DNA from: a virus
Taxonomy: Duplodnaviria; Caudoviricetes
Strand: one strand, 5' to 3'
Virus record (IMG/VR): IMGVR_UViG_3300012031_000015
Coordinates: 1-57,591 of that record
Length of the DNA: 57,591 nucleotides
Position numbers and translations under genes: made by a program. Shown here one piece after another: positions 25,274 to 34,855 of the stretch (position 1 is the stretch's first letter; every line of letters begins with the position of its first letter). Under the pieces are notes generated by a model that had not been told where the DNA came from, searched no databases, and saw only the letters and a program-made list of their open reading frames with translations.

Positions 25274-26053
25274 TTATGCTATTTCAATTTCGAATTCTTT
25301 TCTAAAATACTCTGCGCCCATTCTACTAATAGTAGCAGTTTTCCATGCTTCAGATCTATCAAAGAACTTATCCCAGGATGCTGTAAACGGCACAAAGTGG
25401 TTTTTACTAGTGTCGTTCCATATATTCATAAAAGGATCAGTCTTGTGATTAGGAGTCGACGTAATAATTGTACGTCCTGTGTTGAGCATACACGGAAGAA
25501 TTTCTTCAATAAACTTTTTTGCAACTTCTGGCTTACAAAATGCATATTCATCACAATACAAAATGTCTAGGCTGCGACCCTTCCCTGTGTATTCTGCTAG
25601 GACTGAACCATAAATATTAGAGCCGTTTGCAAAAGCAAGCTCTTTCTTATTATCTTTTATTATTTTTGGTGTTAAGTAATGCGGACAATGATGGTAGATA
25701 TATCGCATCTTTTCTAAAACATCACAAGACATTGCTAATTTATTCGAGGTAATTAATATTTCTTGGCTGGGCTTGAACATTGCATCCCACAATAAGTATA
25801 TTGCAGCGCACAGAGTCTTGCCTGACTGCCGAGCAAGCATATTAATACTAAACTGATTATTATGAAAACTCTCCATAAGTTCAGCTTGAGCATCAAATAA
25901 CTCTATAGAGATATTACCGATTATTGGGTGCAAGACATTTACAAAATTATTCGCAAAATATAGGAATCCTGATTCAGGATCAGAGCACTTAATTAAATGC
26001 TCTATTTGATCCTCTGTATTAGTATTAGATAAGTTTTTTAGTAGTTGTGTCAT
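25274..26053 (-). CDS. terminase ATPase-domain-only paralogue (intein-free)
   Basis: ARQSGKT, ILYCDEY, ITSTPN, FRKEFE; colinear with the TerL N-extein; no nuclease domain. Confidence 0.85.
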   Translation of the reverse strand: MTQLLKNLSNTNTEDQIEHLIKCSDPESGFLYFANNFVNVLHPIIGNISIELFDAQAELMESFHNNQFSINMLARQSGKTLCAAIYLLWDAMFKPSQEILITSNKLAMSCDVLEKMRYIYHHCPHYLTPKIIKDNKKELAFANGSNIYGSVLAEYTGKGRSLDILYCDEYAFCKPEVAKKFIEEILPCMLNTGRTIITSTPNHKTDPFMNIWNDTSKNHFVPFTASWDKFFDRSEAWKTATISRMGAEYFRKEFEIEIA

Positions 26054-26062
26054 TTTACTCCC

Positions 26063-26680
26063 TTACTTCTTTTTCGATTTCTTATCTTTTACAGCTTTCT
26101 TCATCGGCTCTTTCTTATCACCATCTTTATCCACATCAAGGAAATCAGGCTTAGCTTTTTTTTCATTAAGTGCTCTTAAAAGCTGTGCTTTGATAGTCTC
26201 AACAGCCATTGCGTTGTCACCGTCCTGTGCAGATTTATATGCTTTCTTCTCGCGATTTAGGCCACCAGCTAAATCTTTGGTCATATAGCTAGTGTCCTGA
26301 TACTCTTCGTCTGGCTCGTTATCGTATCCTTCTAGGCCCATTTCCCCTTTTTTCATAGAAGCATCGTCATCGTCATCGTCTGCCATGCCCGGGCCGTCCA
26401 TTTCTGGTGCAATAGCGGGCATTTCTGATGAAGTCTCTTTATCACCATCTACCATTCCTCTAAAATTTTCCATGTCCTGGCGCATTGGCATCATTTCTGG
26501 GCTAAATTCTTCTGCACTAGACAACCCTGCATTTTTCATCATAGCTACTAGATCAGCTACATGTTCTTTGCCTGATGCATTTAATGATATATTCATTGTG
26601 ACCGGCGAACCGCTGTTTTGGCCTGGCATTTGTTCCATGCCACATTCGTTTAGCGACTCTAATAATTTTTTCATTTCCAT
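26063..26680 (-). CDS. hypothetical acidic protein, probable internal head protein
   Basis: Start MEMKKLLES; EF-hand-like DVDKDGDKKE; Lys-rich tail. Confidence 0.65.
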   Translation of the reverse strand: MEMKKLLESLNECGMEQMPGQNSGSPVTMNISLNASGKEHVADLVAMMKNAGLSSAEEFSPEMMPMRQDMENFRGMVDGDKETSSEMPAIAPEMDGPGMADDDDDDASMKKGEMGLEGYDNEPDEEYQDTSYMTKDLAGGLNREKKAYKSAQDGDNAMAVETIKAQLLRALNEKKAKPDFLDVDKDGDKKEPMKKAVKDKKSKKK

Positions 26681-26681
26681 C

Positions 26682-27176
26682 TTAATTCTCCTGGGTTGCG
26701 TTAGTGCGCTCTTTGGTAGCAGTTTCAAGTTCCTTTAAAAGGTCCATAACACGATTCTGTCCTACGTTGTGTTGAGCACTCTCGCCGCCCAAATCATTTT
26801 TAGTAAGTAGCGGCTCATAAATGTTGCTTTCGCTTTGATTCTGATAAAGCTCTAGTGGTTCGTTCGGATTGCGAACAATAATGTTACTGTGAGCCACAGA
26901 ACATACTCGTCCTAAATACTCTTGTAATACTTGCGGAGTTGTAGGATATTCGAGCTCTGCTTCAAAGTAAGTAACTTCCATATTTTGTAGATTTGGAAAA
27001 TCTAATGGACGTTCTTGAATAGGAGTTTTCTTTCCTGTGCTAATATCAATAATGCTAAATTTCTTTAGCGCTGTTTCCATATGGTCTTGAAAGTGTTCAG
27101 GAAGCGGTCCTGCTACACCAATCTTAAACTGATATGTTTTTTTAGACTCATTTAAAAGTTGTGTAAAAGATTTCAT
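26682..27176 (-). CDS. hypothetical late protein
   Basis: MKSFTQLLNES N-terminus; TAAATA upstream at 27195-27200. Confidence 0.7.
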   Translation of the reverse strand: MKSFTQLLNESKKTYQFKIGVAGPLPEHFQDHMETALKKFSIIDISTGKKTPIQERPLDFPNLQNMEVTYFEAELEYPTTPQVLQEYLGRVCSVAHSNIIVRNPNEPLELYQNQSESNIYEPLLTKNDLGGESAQHNVGQNRVMDLLKELETATKERTNATQEN

Positions 27177-27206
27177 GTAGATTTATCCTAGTTATATTTA
27201 TTTATC

Positions 27207-27250
27207 AATAACATAGGCAACAACACACATAGTTTGTTGCCTATGTTATT
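27207..27250 (-). terminator. 17-bp stem-loop after putative TerS
   Basis: AATAACATAGGCAACAA / TTGTTGCCTATGTTATT. Confidence 0.55.
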
Positions 27251-27740
27251 TAGGCATTCCTTTAAGTTTTTCTAATAGACTGTTGCGATCAGTAACTACA
27301 TATCCTTCGCCGTTGACCATACTATTGTCACTAGGTTTATCGTCTTTGTCCATTTTCTCTTTCTTTAGCTGTAGTTCGACCATTTTTAACTTCTTGTCCA
27401 TTTTTGCAACTTTGGCATCAAGACTAGTTTTAAGCATGCCGCCGGCGGTTTCAAAAATTCTAGCTGAATAACGAGCTTCTACGTTCATTCCCAGATCCAT
27501 CAGGTCGTCATAGGCTGTCATTGCTTTTAGTGCAATCTCGTTCAGTTCACTGTCTGACACCTCGCCTAGTCCTTTGACAGCAGGTAGTGCTGAACTTATC
27601 TTATCAAACTCTTCTATTTGTGCAAACGCTTTCTTCATTGACACTGATTCGTAATTTGTTTTTTTACTTTCTTCTTTAGCTTCCTCTACAAGTGCTTTTG
27701 ACTCTGGCAAATCTAATAAATCTTCCAGTCTGCGGGTCAT
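27246..27740 (-). CDS. putative terminase small subunit
   Basis: Helical 164 aa, ARIFETAGGMLK resembling gp16, C-terminal DRNSLL; located near TerL. Confidence 0.5.
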   Translation of the reverse strand: MTRRLEDLLDLPESKALVEEAKEESKKTNYESVSMKKAFAQIEEFDKISSALPAVKGLGEVSDSELNEIALKAMTAYDDLMDLGMNVEARYSARIFETAGGMLKTSLDAKVAKMDKKLKMVELQLKKEKMDKDDKPSDNSMVNGEGYVVTDRNSLLEKLKGMPK

Positions 27741-27774
27741 TATGTTCTCTCCATATATTATATGCTAACATTAT

Positions 27775-28224
27775 TTATCGTCGCTTGGTGTTACCCTTAG
27801 TGCCAGTATATATATCGTCCTCAGTAACTACCCTAAAAATGATGCCCTTCTGTTTACAGAATGCGCGGGCGGCCTCCCACTTGGCTTGATTTATTGCGTA
27901 ATGGGTTTGATTAAATTTAGAGCGGCCTAGTCTTTCTTTTATAGCTTGACTAGCAGGTTTTACTTCTATTAACTCTACCCGTTGTTTTCCACTTTTATCG
28001 TTGTAGGCAATAAAGAAGTCCGGTACGTATACTGACGCTTTGCCAGTTAGCGGATTCTTATAAGGGATTTTAATTGCTTCGCTTGCCCATTGAGAAATTG
28101 AGGGGTGTTCATCACAAAATTTCATAAAATGAAATTCCCAACCACTTCTGTACGTGGGTATTTTATTTCCTACGTATTTGTCTGGATTTTTTAGAGTGAA
28201 CTTTCCTTGAGCGAAGCGTGACAT
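27775..28224 (-). CDS. gp4: head completion nuclease (T4 gp4-like)
   Basis: KNPDKYVG, YRSGWE, WASE, YVPDF, IEVKP, NQAKWEAA, FRVVTE. Confidence 0.88.
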   Translation of the reverse strand: MSRFAQGKFTLKNPDKYVGNKIPTYRSGWEFHFMKFCDEHPSISQWASEAIKIPYKNPLTGKASVYVPDFFIAYNDKSGKQRVELIEVKPASQAIKERLGRSKFNQTHYAINQAKWEAARAFCKQKGIIFRVVTEDDIYTGTKGNTKRR

Positions 28225-28589
28225 TATACTATGATCTGCCTTTGATCAAACAACTGAGTAAGTCTGTCGACTTTGTAACCAACTGCACTGGTCTTGCTTC
28301 TATTTATATTGAGTATTTGAGCAATTACATTACTCAGTTGTACATCTGTTGCTCCTTTTAATGTGTCAATTAACTGAAAAACTGATATATTATCAACTGC
28401 GGCTTGTTGCAAAATAATACTAGCAGTATTAGTGGCAGCAACCTTGTCAAATCCTCTCTTTAAGAAATACCCAACTACTGCATCTATTTCGTTAGCATTA
28501 AACGATAGTTCCTGGCCGTAAAAGTTATCAAAAAATCTAGTAGTAGAGACTGATGCATTCTGTGTACTTACACTGTCAGATCGTGCCAT
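28224..28589 (-). CDS. hypothetical protein (tail/baseplate module)
   Basis: 121-aa ORF coupled to gp4. Confidence 0.65.
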   Translation of the reverse strand: MARSDSVSTQNASVSTTRFFDNFYGQELSFNANEIDAVVGYFLKRGFDKVAATNTASIILQQAAVDNISVFQLIDTLKGATDVQLSNVIAQILNINRSKTSAVGYKVDRLTQLFDQRQIIV

Positions 28590-28591
28590 AT

Positions 28592-29818
28592 TTATTCTCC
28601 GTCACTGTTAATTGCACTCTGTGCAAATGATGATGTTTTCTTGTCGCCACCTGTAATCTTGCCCTGAAGATTTGCATCAATAGCTGCGCGGCCGCTGTCA
28701 CTAGTAGCCACGTAGTCTGCATAATTTGTGCCTTCTACTGTGCTTGCATTGAGAGCCTGAGCAGTAAAACTTTCTTTTGCGCTGGGACTGTTATTTAACT
28801 TAGATATTAATGCGTCAGGATTAGAAACATTGTTGCTACTTGCACTCAGTGCAGATACGTTAACCGCTTGCTGCGTATCTTTGCTAGGAACTGCTAACCC
28901 AGGCAATGCACCTATTAATCCTCGGCCTAGATCCACTAATAATGAAGGCTGTTTATTACTTGCGCTATTACTAGCCCTGCCAGGAAGTAAATTTCTAACT
29001 GTACTCGAAGACGATTCGTTTAATATGGGGCCAAGTATTGCAGAAAAAAGACTTTCATCTTCTTGTGTAGGATATTGAAGTGGACTTTTTACAGTATCAT
29101 ATCTTGTTTCATCTGATGTAAATCCAGGCGGGGTATCAGTTTTGATATCTCCGTGATTATATATTACGCTTTCGTAGGTTAATACTAGGGTGTTTTCCAT
29201 TTGGCCGCCGCTGTCGCTGTATTCTAATACGTCATGGCCCCATTGGCTGATTAACGGGTTAACTAAGGTATAACTGAACCACTTCTTTCTTGCAAGTTGA
29301 AAAATTTTAATATAGTTAAAAAACGGGCCGTTATTAGTGGTGTCTAATCCGTATCTTGGTACTCTCTCTTTATATTTGTCTCGAGGATCATACGCACCTT
29401 GATTTAATTGGTGTCTTCCGTCGTTATAGTAGTATTTGTAATACTCTTGTAACATAGACCGAGTTAGACCTGTATTGTCATCGTGAAACTTAATAGTCAC
29501 ATCTTGGTAATCTATACGAGTTTGCACATTCTTTTTTCTATTGTATTGTTGCTTATTTTCTATGCTTGCTCGATACTGAGGTAGTTCAACACTCTTAGCA
29601 AGTACACCTATCTCTTTTTGAAACTTAACAGTGTTTGAGTCGTACTGGTTTCCTACTTCGTCTCTTGTTTGAAATACAACATGATAAAGAAACTTGTTTT
29701 TAGGTGCTAGCGCGTGGCCATGCTCAGTGAATAGTTGATGGGCGTGGCGTGCATCCCTAAGCGACACTTCGTTAGTTCGTGAATTTAGATTGTCTAGAAA
29801 ATTATTTAAGAAGCTCAT
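28592..29818 (-). CDS. tail-tube-fold baseplate/tube initiator (gp48/gp54-like)
   Basis: Tube-like motifs AKSVELP, QYNRK, VTIKFHDD, LTYE; follows gp19. Confidence 0.6.
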   Translation of the reverse strand: MSFLNNFLDNLNSRTNEVSLRDARHAHQLFTEHGHALAPKNKFLYHVVFQTRDEVGNQYDSNTVKFQKEIGVLAKSVELPQYRASIENKQQYNRKKNVQTRIDYQDVTIKFHDDNTGLTRSMLQEYYKYYYNDGRHQLNQGAYDPRDKYKERVPRYGLDTTNNGPFFNYIKIFQLARKKWFSYTLVNPLISQWGHDVLEYSDSGGQMENTLVLTYESVIYNHGDIKTDTPPGFTSDETRYDTVKSPLQYPTQEDESLFSAILGPILNESSSSTVRNLLPGRASNSASNKQPSLLVDLGRGLIGALPGLAVPSKDTQQAVNVSALSASSNNVSNPDALISKLNNSPSAKESFTAQALNASTVEGTNYADYVATSDSGRAAIDANLQGKITGGDKKTSSFAQSAINSDGE

Positions 29819-29858
29819 AACTATATTTATGTCATTTGTTTAAGTGAGAATACAATAG

Positions 29859-29885
29859 AAAACAGAGACATATAGCCTCTGTTTT
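29859..29885 (-). terminator. terminator after tail tube gene
   Basis: AAAACAGAG..CTCTGTTTT with T-tracts on both strands. Confidence 0.55.
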
Positions 29886-29907
29886 TACTATTATATACCA
29901 ACATACA

Positions 29908-30552
29908 TTAACCAGTTGCTTGAGTGCCGCCGACTGAGTCTACTACAGCTCGAGCAAAGCTTTCGCCAATACCGTTCTGTTGTTCGTCTGCACCGTACTG
30001 AATAGCATTGTCATAACGTATAGTTAACGCAACTGTTACAGCGTCACTAGTAGAATATGCCAGTGTGTTGTAGTTTGCTGATTCAATATAACACCCAACT
30101 AAGTGGAATCTATCAATAACATTAGGACCGCTTGCGCCGTTGCCACCATCAAGAATTTCAATCTTTGTTTGAAACTTATAGGTGCCACCTGCGACCGCAC
30201 TTGATTGTTCAAAGAAGTCAAACTGCTTTTGAAGCTGCTGACCTACAACTTTTTGAATGTTGTTGTTTGCATCTTCACGTAAGTTAAGAGTAATTGGTTC
30301 CCAAGTAGGTTTACCAGCAAAATAACTTCTACTGTTATAGGCATCCACAGTTACTTGTTCAAATGTCACATTAGGACGAGTTACGTCAATTACTTGGCGT
30401 GATACTTCTCTAACACCGTCCGGACCTCCGCCAGTTCCGAAGCTGTCAAATAGTACTCTGAATCGGTATTGCATTTTAGGCATCAACAGTGAGGAGTTAG
30501 ATCCGCCTGCTTCTGTTGGTACGCTAATGTTTTGTAAAGTTGTGATTGGCAT
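29908..30552 (-). CDS. gp19: tail tube protein
   Basis: QYRFRV, YFAGKPTWEPITL, LTIRYD; follows sheath. Confidence 0.85.
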   Translation of the reverse strand: MPITTLQNISVPTEAGGSNSSLLMPKMQYRFRVLFDSFGTGGGPDGVREVSRQVIDVTRPNVTFEQVTVDAYNSRSYFAGKPTWEPITLNLREDANNNIQKVVGQQLQKQFDFFEQSSAVAGGTYKFQTKIEILDGGNGASGPNVIDRFHLVGCYIESANYNTLAYSTSDAVTVALTIRYDNAIQYGADEQQNGIGESFARAVVDSVGGTQATG

Positions 30553-30584
30553 TACTTTCTCCTATTATCACTTGTATTTATGTT

Positions 30585-30616
30585 ATAATAGGGTGGTATT
30601 TATTCCACCCTATTAT
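30585..30616 (-). terminator. stem-loop after sheath gene
   Basis: ATAATAGGGTGG / CCACCCTATTAT. Confidence 0.55.
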
Positions 30617-30625
30617 GTGTGCATA

Positions 30626-33600
30626 TTATCCCAGTGATGCTATTTCGCCTGTGTTCTTAATACGCAAAGGAATAAAAATAAATTCGATCGCTTTCACAGG
30701 TTCTATGGCCACGTCCAAGAAAAGTTCGTTACGATCAATACGACTTGGAGTGTTATTACTCTCGTCACAGACAGTAACAAAGTCGTAAATTCCACGTAGT
30801 CCTACAAGTTCTAGAAGAAGTGAATCTGCTGCTGCTTTAATCTGATCGCGTGTGATCTTATCGTTCGGCTCAAACAGATATGGACGAGCTAGTAACTCAA
30901 ATTGACCACGTAGATAAACAACCAACCGAGCAACATTTATTCTATCTAATGCACTTGCATTTCTTGCTCGAGTATTCTGTCCAAATACAACAAGTCCTGC
31001 ACCGCTAATAAACGTAATTGGGTTAATACTGTTAGCATACAGCGTATCACGCTGACCTGTATTCAAAGCAACACTTACAAACTCACCTTCACTACTGATG
31101 TAGCCTGATGCACTTGCGTTGGTTACTCCGCCTCTACGAGTTCCTGCTGGAGCAAACCACGGAAACGCCACTTGGTCGTTTAGCACTATAGTACGAAGCG
31201 CCATGTGACTTGGTGGTACAACAATGTTGTTACCAAAGTTGTCACTAGTGAATCCCCACAAGTAGTACATGCCCATGTACTCATCTCGACTAACTGCGCC
31301 GTTGATGTTGTCTTCGACTGCCAAGTTAACGTTTGATCCCCACTCGTTAAGACTAGTAGCATCTGGAGCTAATCTTGCCGGAGTGTCACCTACTACAAAC
31401 GCAGTAATTCTTCGGTCGTAGTTTAGAGTAATCATTTCCCCAATTAGTTCCGGATAGCCCGGAGTAGCCATCAAGTTAAACTGTCTTGATTCTTCGTCAC
31501 GTATCTGCTGGTTTCCATTAACCATGGCTTGAAATGCTTGTACAACTGACTTACGCTGCGCAATTCTACCAAACGAACCTGAGCCGTCGATGTTATTACC
31601 TGAGTCAGTAACCCAACGGTTTGGATAATAGTTTTGCATTGCTTCGTCACTAAACCGAATATTGTCACCAGCAGTATCTATGTAGTTGCGTACATAACGC
31701 TTAACGTTAAATCCACTTCTGCGCATGTTCCATAGCAGCATACCTTTTGGGTATAGCGCTGGATCAGGTGCATCTGGATCCAAATAATCAGAAGTTAACA
31801 ACTCGTCTATGTCTGCCGGAGCACTGTCAGAGCCAGCATTGCCCCAACGAGCATCTGCAAACAGAATTCCTTCTTCGGATGTTTGGTCAGTTTTATCAAG
31901 CAATATCCATTCTGATCGTTGTGCGCTATAACGATAAACTCCCGGATAATTATCAATGTCAGCAGTGTCAATCCAAAGATCACCTTCTACTAGTGCACTG
32001 CTGTTTCGTTGCGTAGTAGGTTCAGAAGCACTAACAATTGGCCCGGCAGCATCAGTATTAGTAAGTTCGTTAGCATATCCTACCCAACCATTACCGTCGT
32101 GTATCATAATATCAACTTCATCAACAACTGAGTTATACCAAATTTCACCGTCAGCAGTAAGACTCAACGGCTCATCAGGTGACGCTGTGTACTCCAGCTC
32201 TCGCCAGTTAGATACTACCAGTGTATCAAATCCAATAAGAGCCAGTGTTTCGGCTGAGTCAGTTATGCGGATTTCACCACCTAGCTTGTGCTGTATTACA
32301 ACTTTGTTGGTAGCGTTTACCATTGCAACAACGTTAACAAATCCAGCTGCGTTGATAGCTGCTGCCATTGTCTCTGCGTCTGCTAGTGTTCCGGCTGCCT
32401 CAAAAGTAATTGTCTGAGCAGTGCTGAGTGCTAGTCTTCCTACTGTTGATTCCTGTATGGAAAAACTAATTGCTCCAGTCAATTGATCTACGACTGTCGC
32501 ACTTGTTATTTGTGACGGACCTTGCGATACGCGACGGAATATCTTGTAATTTGCGTGGGGGTCTGCTTCTTCGTCAGCGTTTACTTTAACATAAACGTCC
32601 CCAGTCATTATATTTGTTCCACCGCCAGCTTTGTCTAGATTAAACAATGCTGCATTAGGTGTGGAAAATAAAGGAGCGCTTAGCAATTCCCAAAGTTGAG
32701 TGTCACCGTTATACTGCTTTACTGAAAACTTTGCGCCGCCGTTTGGCTCAGTGGTCTTTAACCAAATAGAGCCGGTTGGCGCTGGACTAGGATCTGAACT
32801 TTTAAATGCCGGAACATTTGTATGTGGTTGAATCGCTAGAACTGGAGCAATGTAGGTACCAGCAACAAGGTTTAGTTCACCTAACAAAGTGCCGCCGCCA
32901 GCTGCAATGATCACGTCAACACCTGTTGAATAAATTTCTAGTAGTCCATTAGGTGCTGCTGCTGTAATTCCTGTGATATCTGGGCTATTAATAGCTGTAA
33001 CCATGGCAGCTACATCTGTGCCATCGAGTGTAACAGTAGAGTTGTTAATTATAATAGTTCCGCTAGTAGTTAAAGCACCAGGCGCAACAGAACTGCGTAC
33101 ACTAGACCAGCTAGCTTTCCATTTCTGTGAACCAACCTCTACCCAATCGCCTGGATTGCCAGCTGCACTGCTTGCCCCGGGTGTCTTATAATATACTCGG
33201 TTCATATTAGTTTCTGCTACAACAGCGTAGTTACCAATCTGTCCTATCGACCTTTTAGGTACATTGCCGTCAAGATCAGATGCCTCAACGATCACTGTTC
33301 TAGGCACAGTAGAAAAGCTCTGTCCATTTGAGGTAGTTAATGCTGCTGAATTCCACTCTAGAAAACCAAAGTTTGTAACCTGAGTGTCAAACCAATAAGC
33401 ACCATCAGCAGGCTCTCCGCCAGGTGCATTAGCCGATGCTTGCAGCTTGGCTAAGTTTAAATCTGCTCGCACAACGTATACTCGGTTGCTAACGCCTAAT
33501 AGCGAATAAGCAGTTTGTAAACCATATTCGTTTAGCTCGCCGCCGTTGATCATGTTTCCGTTACTATCTGAATAGAACAGCGGATCACCAAATGTCTCAC

Positions 33601-33799
33601 CCAGTTCTCGCTGACTAGTAATTAAGTATGGTTTGCCTGCGTTGGACTTGAGTGTTCCAACTGCAACGCCTGATCCGCCGCTGCTGATTTTGTTTTCTGC
33701 AGATGCTACAAAGATCATTGGTACTGTACCAGCGGATGACGGTGTGTAAAAACTTTCGTCAATTACATTAACTTGTACACCTGGTGATGAAAGGGCCAT
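30626..33799 (-). CDS. gp18: contractile tail sheath protein
   Basis: SPGVQV, TFGDP, VPPSH, PWFAPAG..RG, INPI, DRINVARL, FEPND, DESNNTP, IEPVKAIEFI. Confidence 0.95.
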   Translation of the reverse strand: MALSSPGVQVNVIDESFYTPSSAGTVPMIFVASAENKISSGGSGVAVGTLKSNAGKPYLITSQRELGETFGDPLFYSDSNGNMINGGELNEYGLQTAYSLLGVSNRVYVVRADLNLAKLQASANAPGGEPADGAYWFDTQVTNFGFLEWNSAALTTSNGQSFSTVPRTVIVEASDLDGNVPKRSIGQIGNYAVVAETNMNRVYYKTPGASSAAGNPGDWVEVGSQKWKASWSSVRSSVAPGALTTSGTIIINNSTVTLDGTDVAAMVTAINSPDITGITAAAPNGLLEIYSTGVDVIIAAGGGTLLGELNLVAGTYIAPVLAIQPHTNVPAFKSSDPSPAPTGSIWLKTTEPNGGAKFSVKQYNGDTQLWELLSAPLFSTPNAALFNLDKAGGGTNIMTGDVYVKVNADEEADPHANYKIFRRVSQGPSQITSATVVDQLTGAISFSIQESTVGRLALSTAQTITFEAAGTLADAETMAAAINAAGFVNVVAMVNATNKVVIQHKLGGEIRITDSAETLALIGFDTLVVSNWRELEYTASPDEPLSLTADGEIWYNSVVDEVDIMIHDGNGWVGYANELTNTDAAGPIVSASEPTTQRNSSALVEGDLWIDTADIDNYPGVYRYSAQRSEWILLDKTDQTSEEGILFADARWGNAGSDSAPADIDELLTSDYLDPDAPDPALYPKGMLLWNMRRSGFNVKRYVRNYIDTAGDNIRFSDEAMQNYYPNRWVTDSGNNIDGSGSFGRIAQRKSVVQAFQAMVNGNQQIRDEESRQFNLMATPGYPELIGEMITLNYDRRITAFVVGDTPARLAPDATSLNEWGSNVNLAVEDNINGAVSRDEYMGMYYLWGFTSDNFGNNIVVPPSHMALRTIVLNDQVAFPWFAPAGTRRGGVTNASASGYISSEGEFVSVALNTGQRDTLYANSINPITFISGAGLVVFGQNTRARNASALDRINVARLVVYLRGQFELLARPYLFEPNDKITRDQIKAAADSLLLELVGLRGIYDFVTVCDESNNTPSRIDRNELFLDVAIEPVKAIEFIFIPLRIKNTGEIASLG

Positions 33800-33835
33800 T
33801 GTTTTATTTCTCCTTGAATAATTGTTATCTAACTG

Positions 33836-33907
33836 TATTTAGTTGTTCTCAGTTAAAATAGCCCAATTATAACCCAGGTAAAGGTACCTGAAAAGGTGAG
33901 GTAAATA
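33836..33907. promoter_or_regulatory. divergent TAAATA late-promoter motifs
   Basis: TAAATA on the minus strand (33836-33841) before sheath and on the plus strand (33902-33907) before the HNH gene; resembles T4 late TATAAATA. Confidence 0.6.
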
Positions 33908-33911
33908 CGTT

Positions 33912-34280
33912 ATGAGACCATTATGCAAATGCGGACGGCGACCTGCTGCTGTAAATTATAAAAAACAAGGAAAAACCTATTACCGTAAGCTGTGCGGGGC
34001 ATGTCTTCACAAGGGAGCAAGAGAGGGCATTCCTAAATGGCAACAGGCCAAATACGAAAAAAAGGAATACTGCGAGAAGTGCGGATTTAAGTCTAGGTTT
34101 CCGGAGCAGTTTGACGTGTATCATATAGATGGAAATCTAAATAGTTGCCGTCCAAACAACTTGAAGACTGTGTGCGCTAACTGCCAGCGTGTGCTCTATA
34201 AGACGGGTGTGCGCTGGCGACAGGGCGATTTAACGCCGGATCATTGCAGTGGACAAGTAGCCATATCTCGCAGGCAGTAG
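33912..34280 (+). CDS. HNH-family zinc-binding endonuclease-like protein
   Basis: CKCG..CGAC, CEKCG, VYHIDGNLNSCRPNNLKTVCANC. Confidence 0.75.
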   Translation: MRPLCKCGRRPAAVNYKKQGKTYYRKLCGACLHKGAREGIPKWQQAKYEKKEYCEKCGFKSRFPEQFDVYHIDGNLNSCRPNNLKTVCANCQRVLYKTGVRWRQGDLTPDHCSGQVAISRRQ

Positions 34281-34775
34281 GTAGTCCATAAACGCGCATA
34301 CGTTGGCTTCTAGCTCGTCTTCAGTTCCGTTGTTGTCAATTACAAAATCTGCCATCCATGGTTCAAGAGTCATGCTGGACTTATCTTCACGCGGCAGATG
34401 ATCGCTGCGGTCTATCCATATTGTATAATCAAACACACCTTGGTTTTTCATACCGTTGAATTCACGCTTGTGACGCAGTCCGCAATAGATGTCATTTTCT
34501 CTATACAGTTCTTTGCCAAATCGAGCAGGGTCGGGATAGTTGTAATTGGCAATCATGTCATACCACAGCCGTCTATGGTTAACACGATCTGCTAAACATT
34601 GTTCTATAGAGTCGTACTTGAATTGGTCTTTGATTTCGTCAAAGATAAATTTACGGGCGGCAAAATGACTGCTGCTTTCATATTCTAGATGGTAGTTTTT
34701 TACAAATGCCTCACATGCCTTATCTTTACCGTGTCGTGCGTGTCCGATAATCATTAGTTTAGGTTTTTTGGTCAA
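34230..34775 (-). CDS. deoxynucleoside monophosphate kinase-like protein
   Basis: N-terminal P-loop IIGHARHGKD, GLRHKRE, DFVIDNNGT; AGGAGG RBS; TTG start. Confidence 0.7.
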   Translation of the reverse strand: MTKKPKLMIIGHARHGKDKACEAFVKNYHLEYESSSHFAARKFIFDEIKDQFKYDSIEQCLADRVNHRRLWYDMIANYNYPDPARFGKELYRENDIYCGLRHKREFNGMKNQGVFDYTIWIDRSDHLPREDKSSMTLEPWMADFVIDNNGTEDELEANVCAFMDYLLPARYGYLSTAMIRR

Positions 34776-34798
34776 GTTGTTTCCTCCTATTTCACTAA

Positions 34799-34827
34799 AT
34801 TATACTAGAAAAACAACAACTTGTCAA
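34799..34827 (-). promoter_or_regulatory. sigma70-type promoter
   Basis: TTGACA-N17-TATAAT. Confidence 0.8.
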
Positions 34828-34855
34828 CCGAATCATTCTTACCCAATAAAGAACC

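Noticed and set aside
25274-26053. Assembly duplication or pseudogene of terL
   Set aside because: The sequence is substantially diverged, the frame is intact, catalytic motifs are retained, and it has its own GGAG RBS
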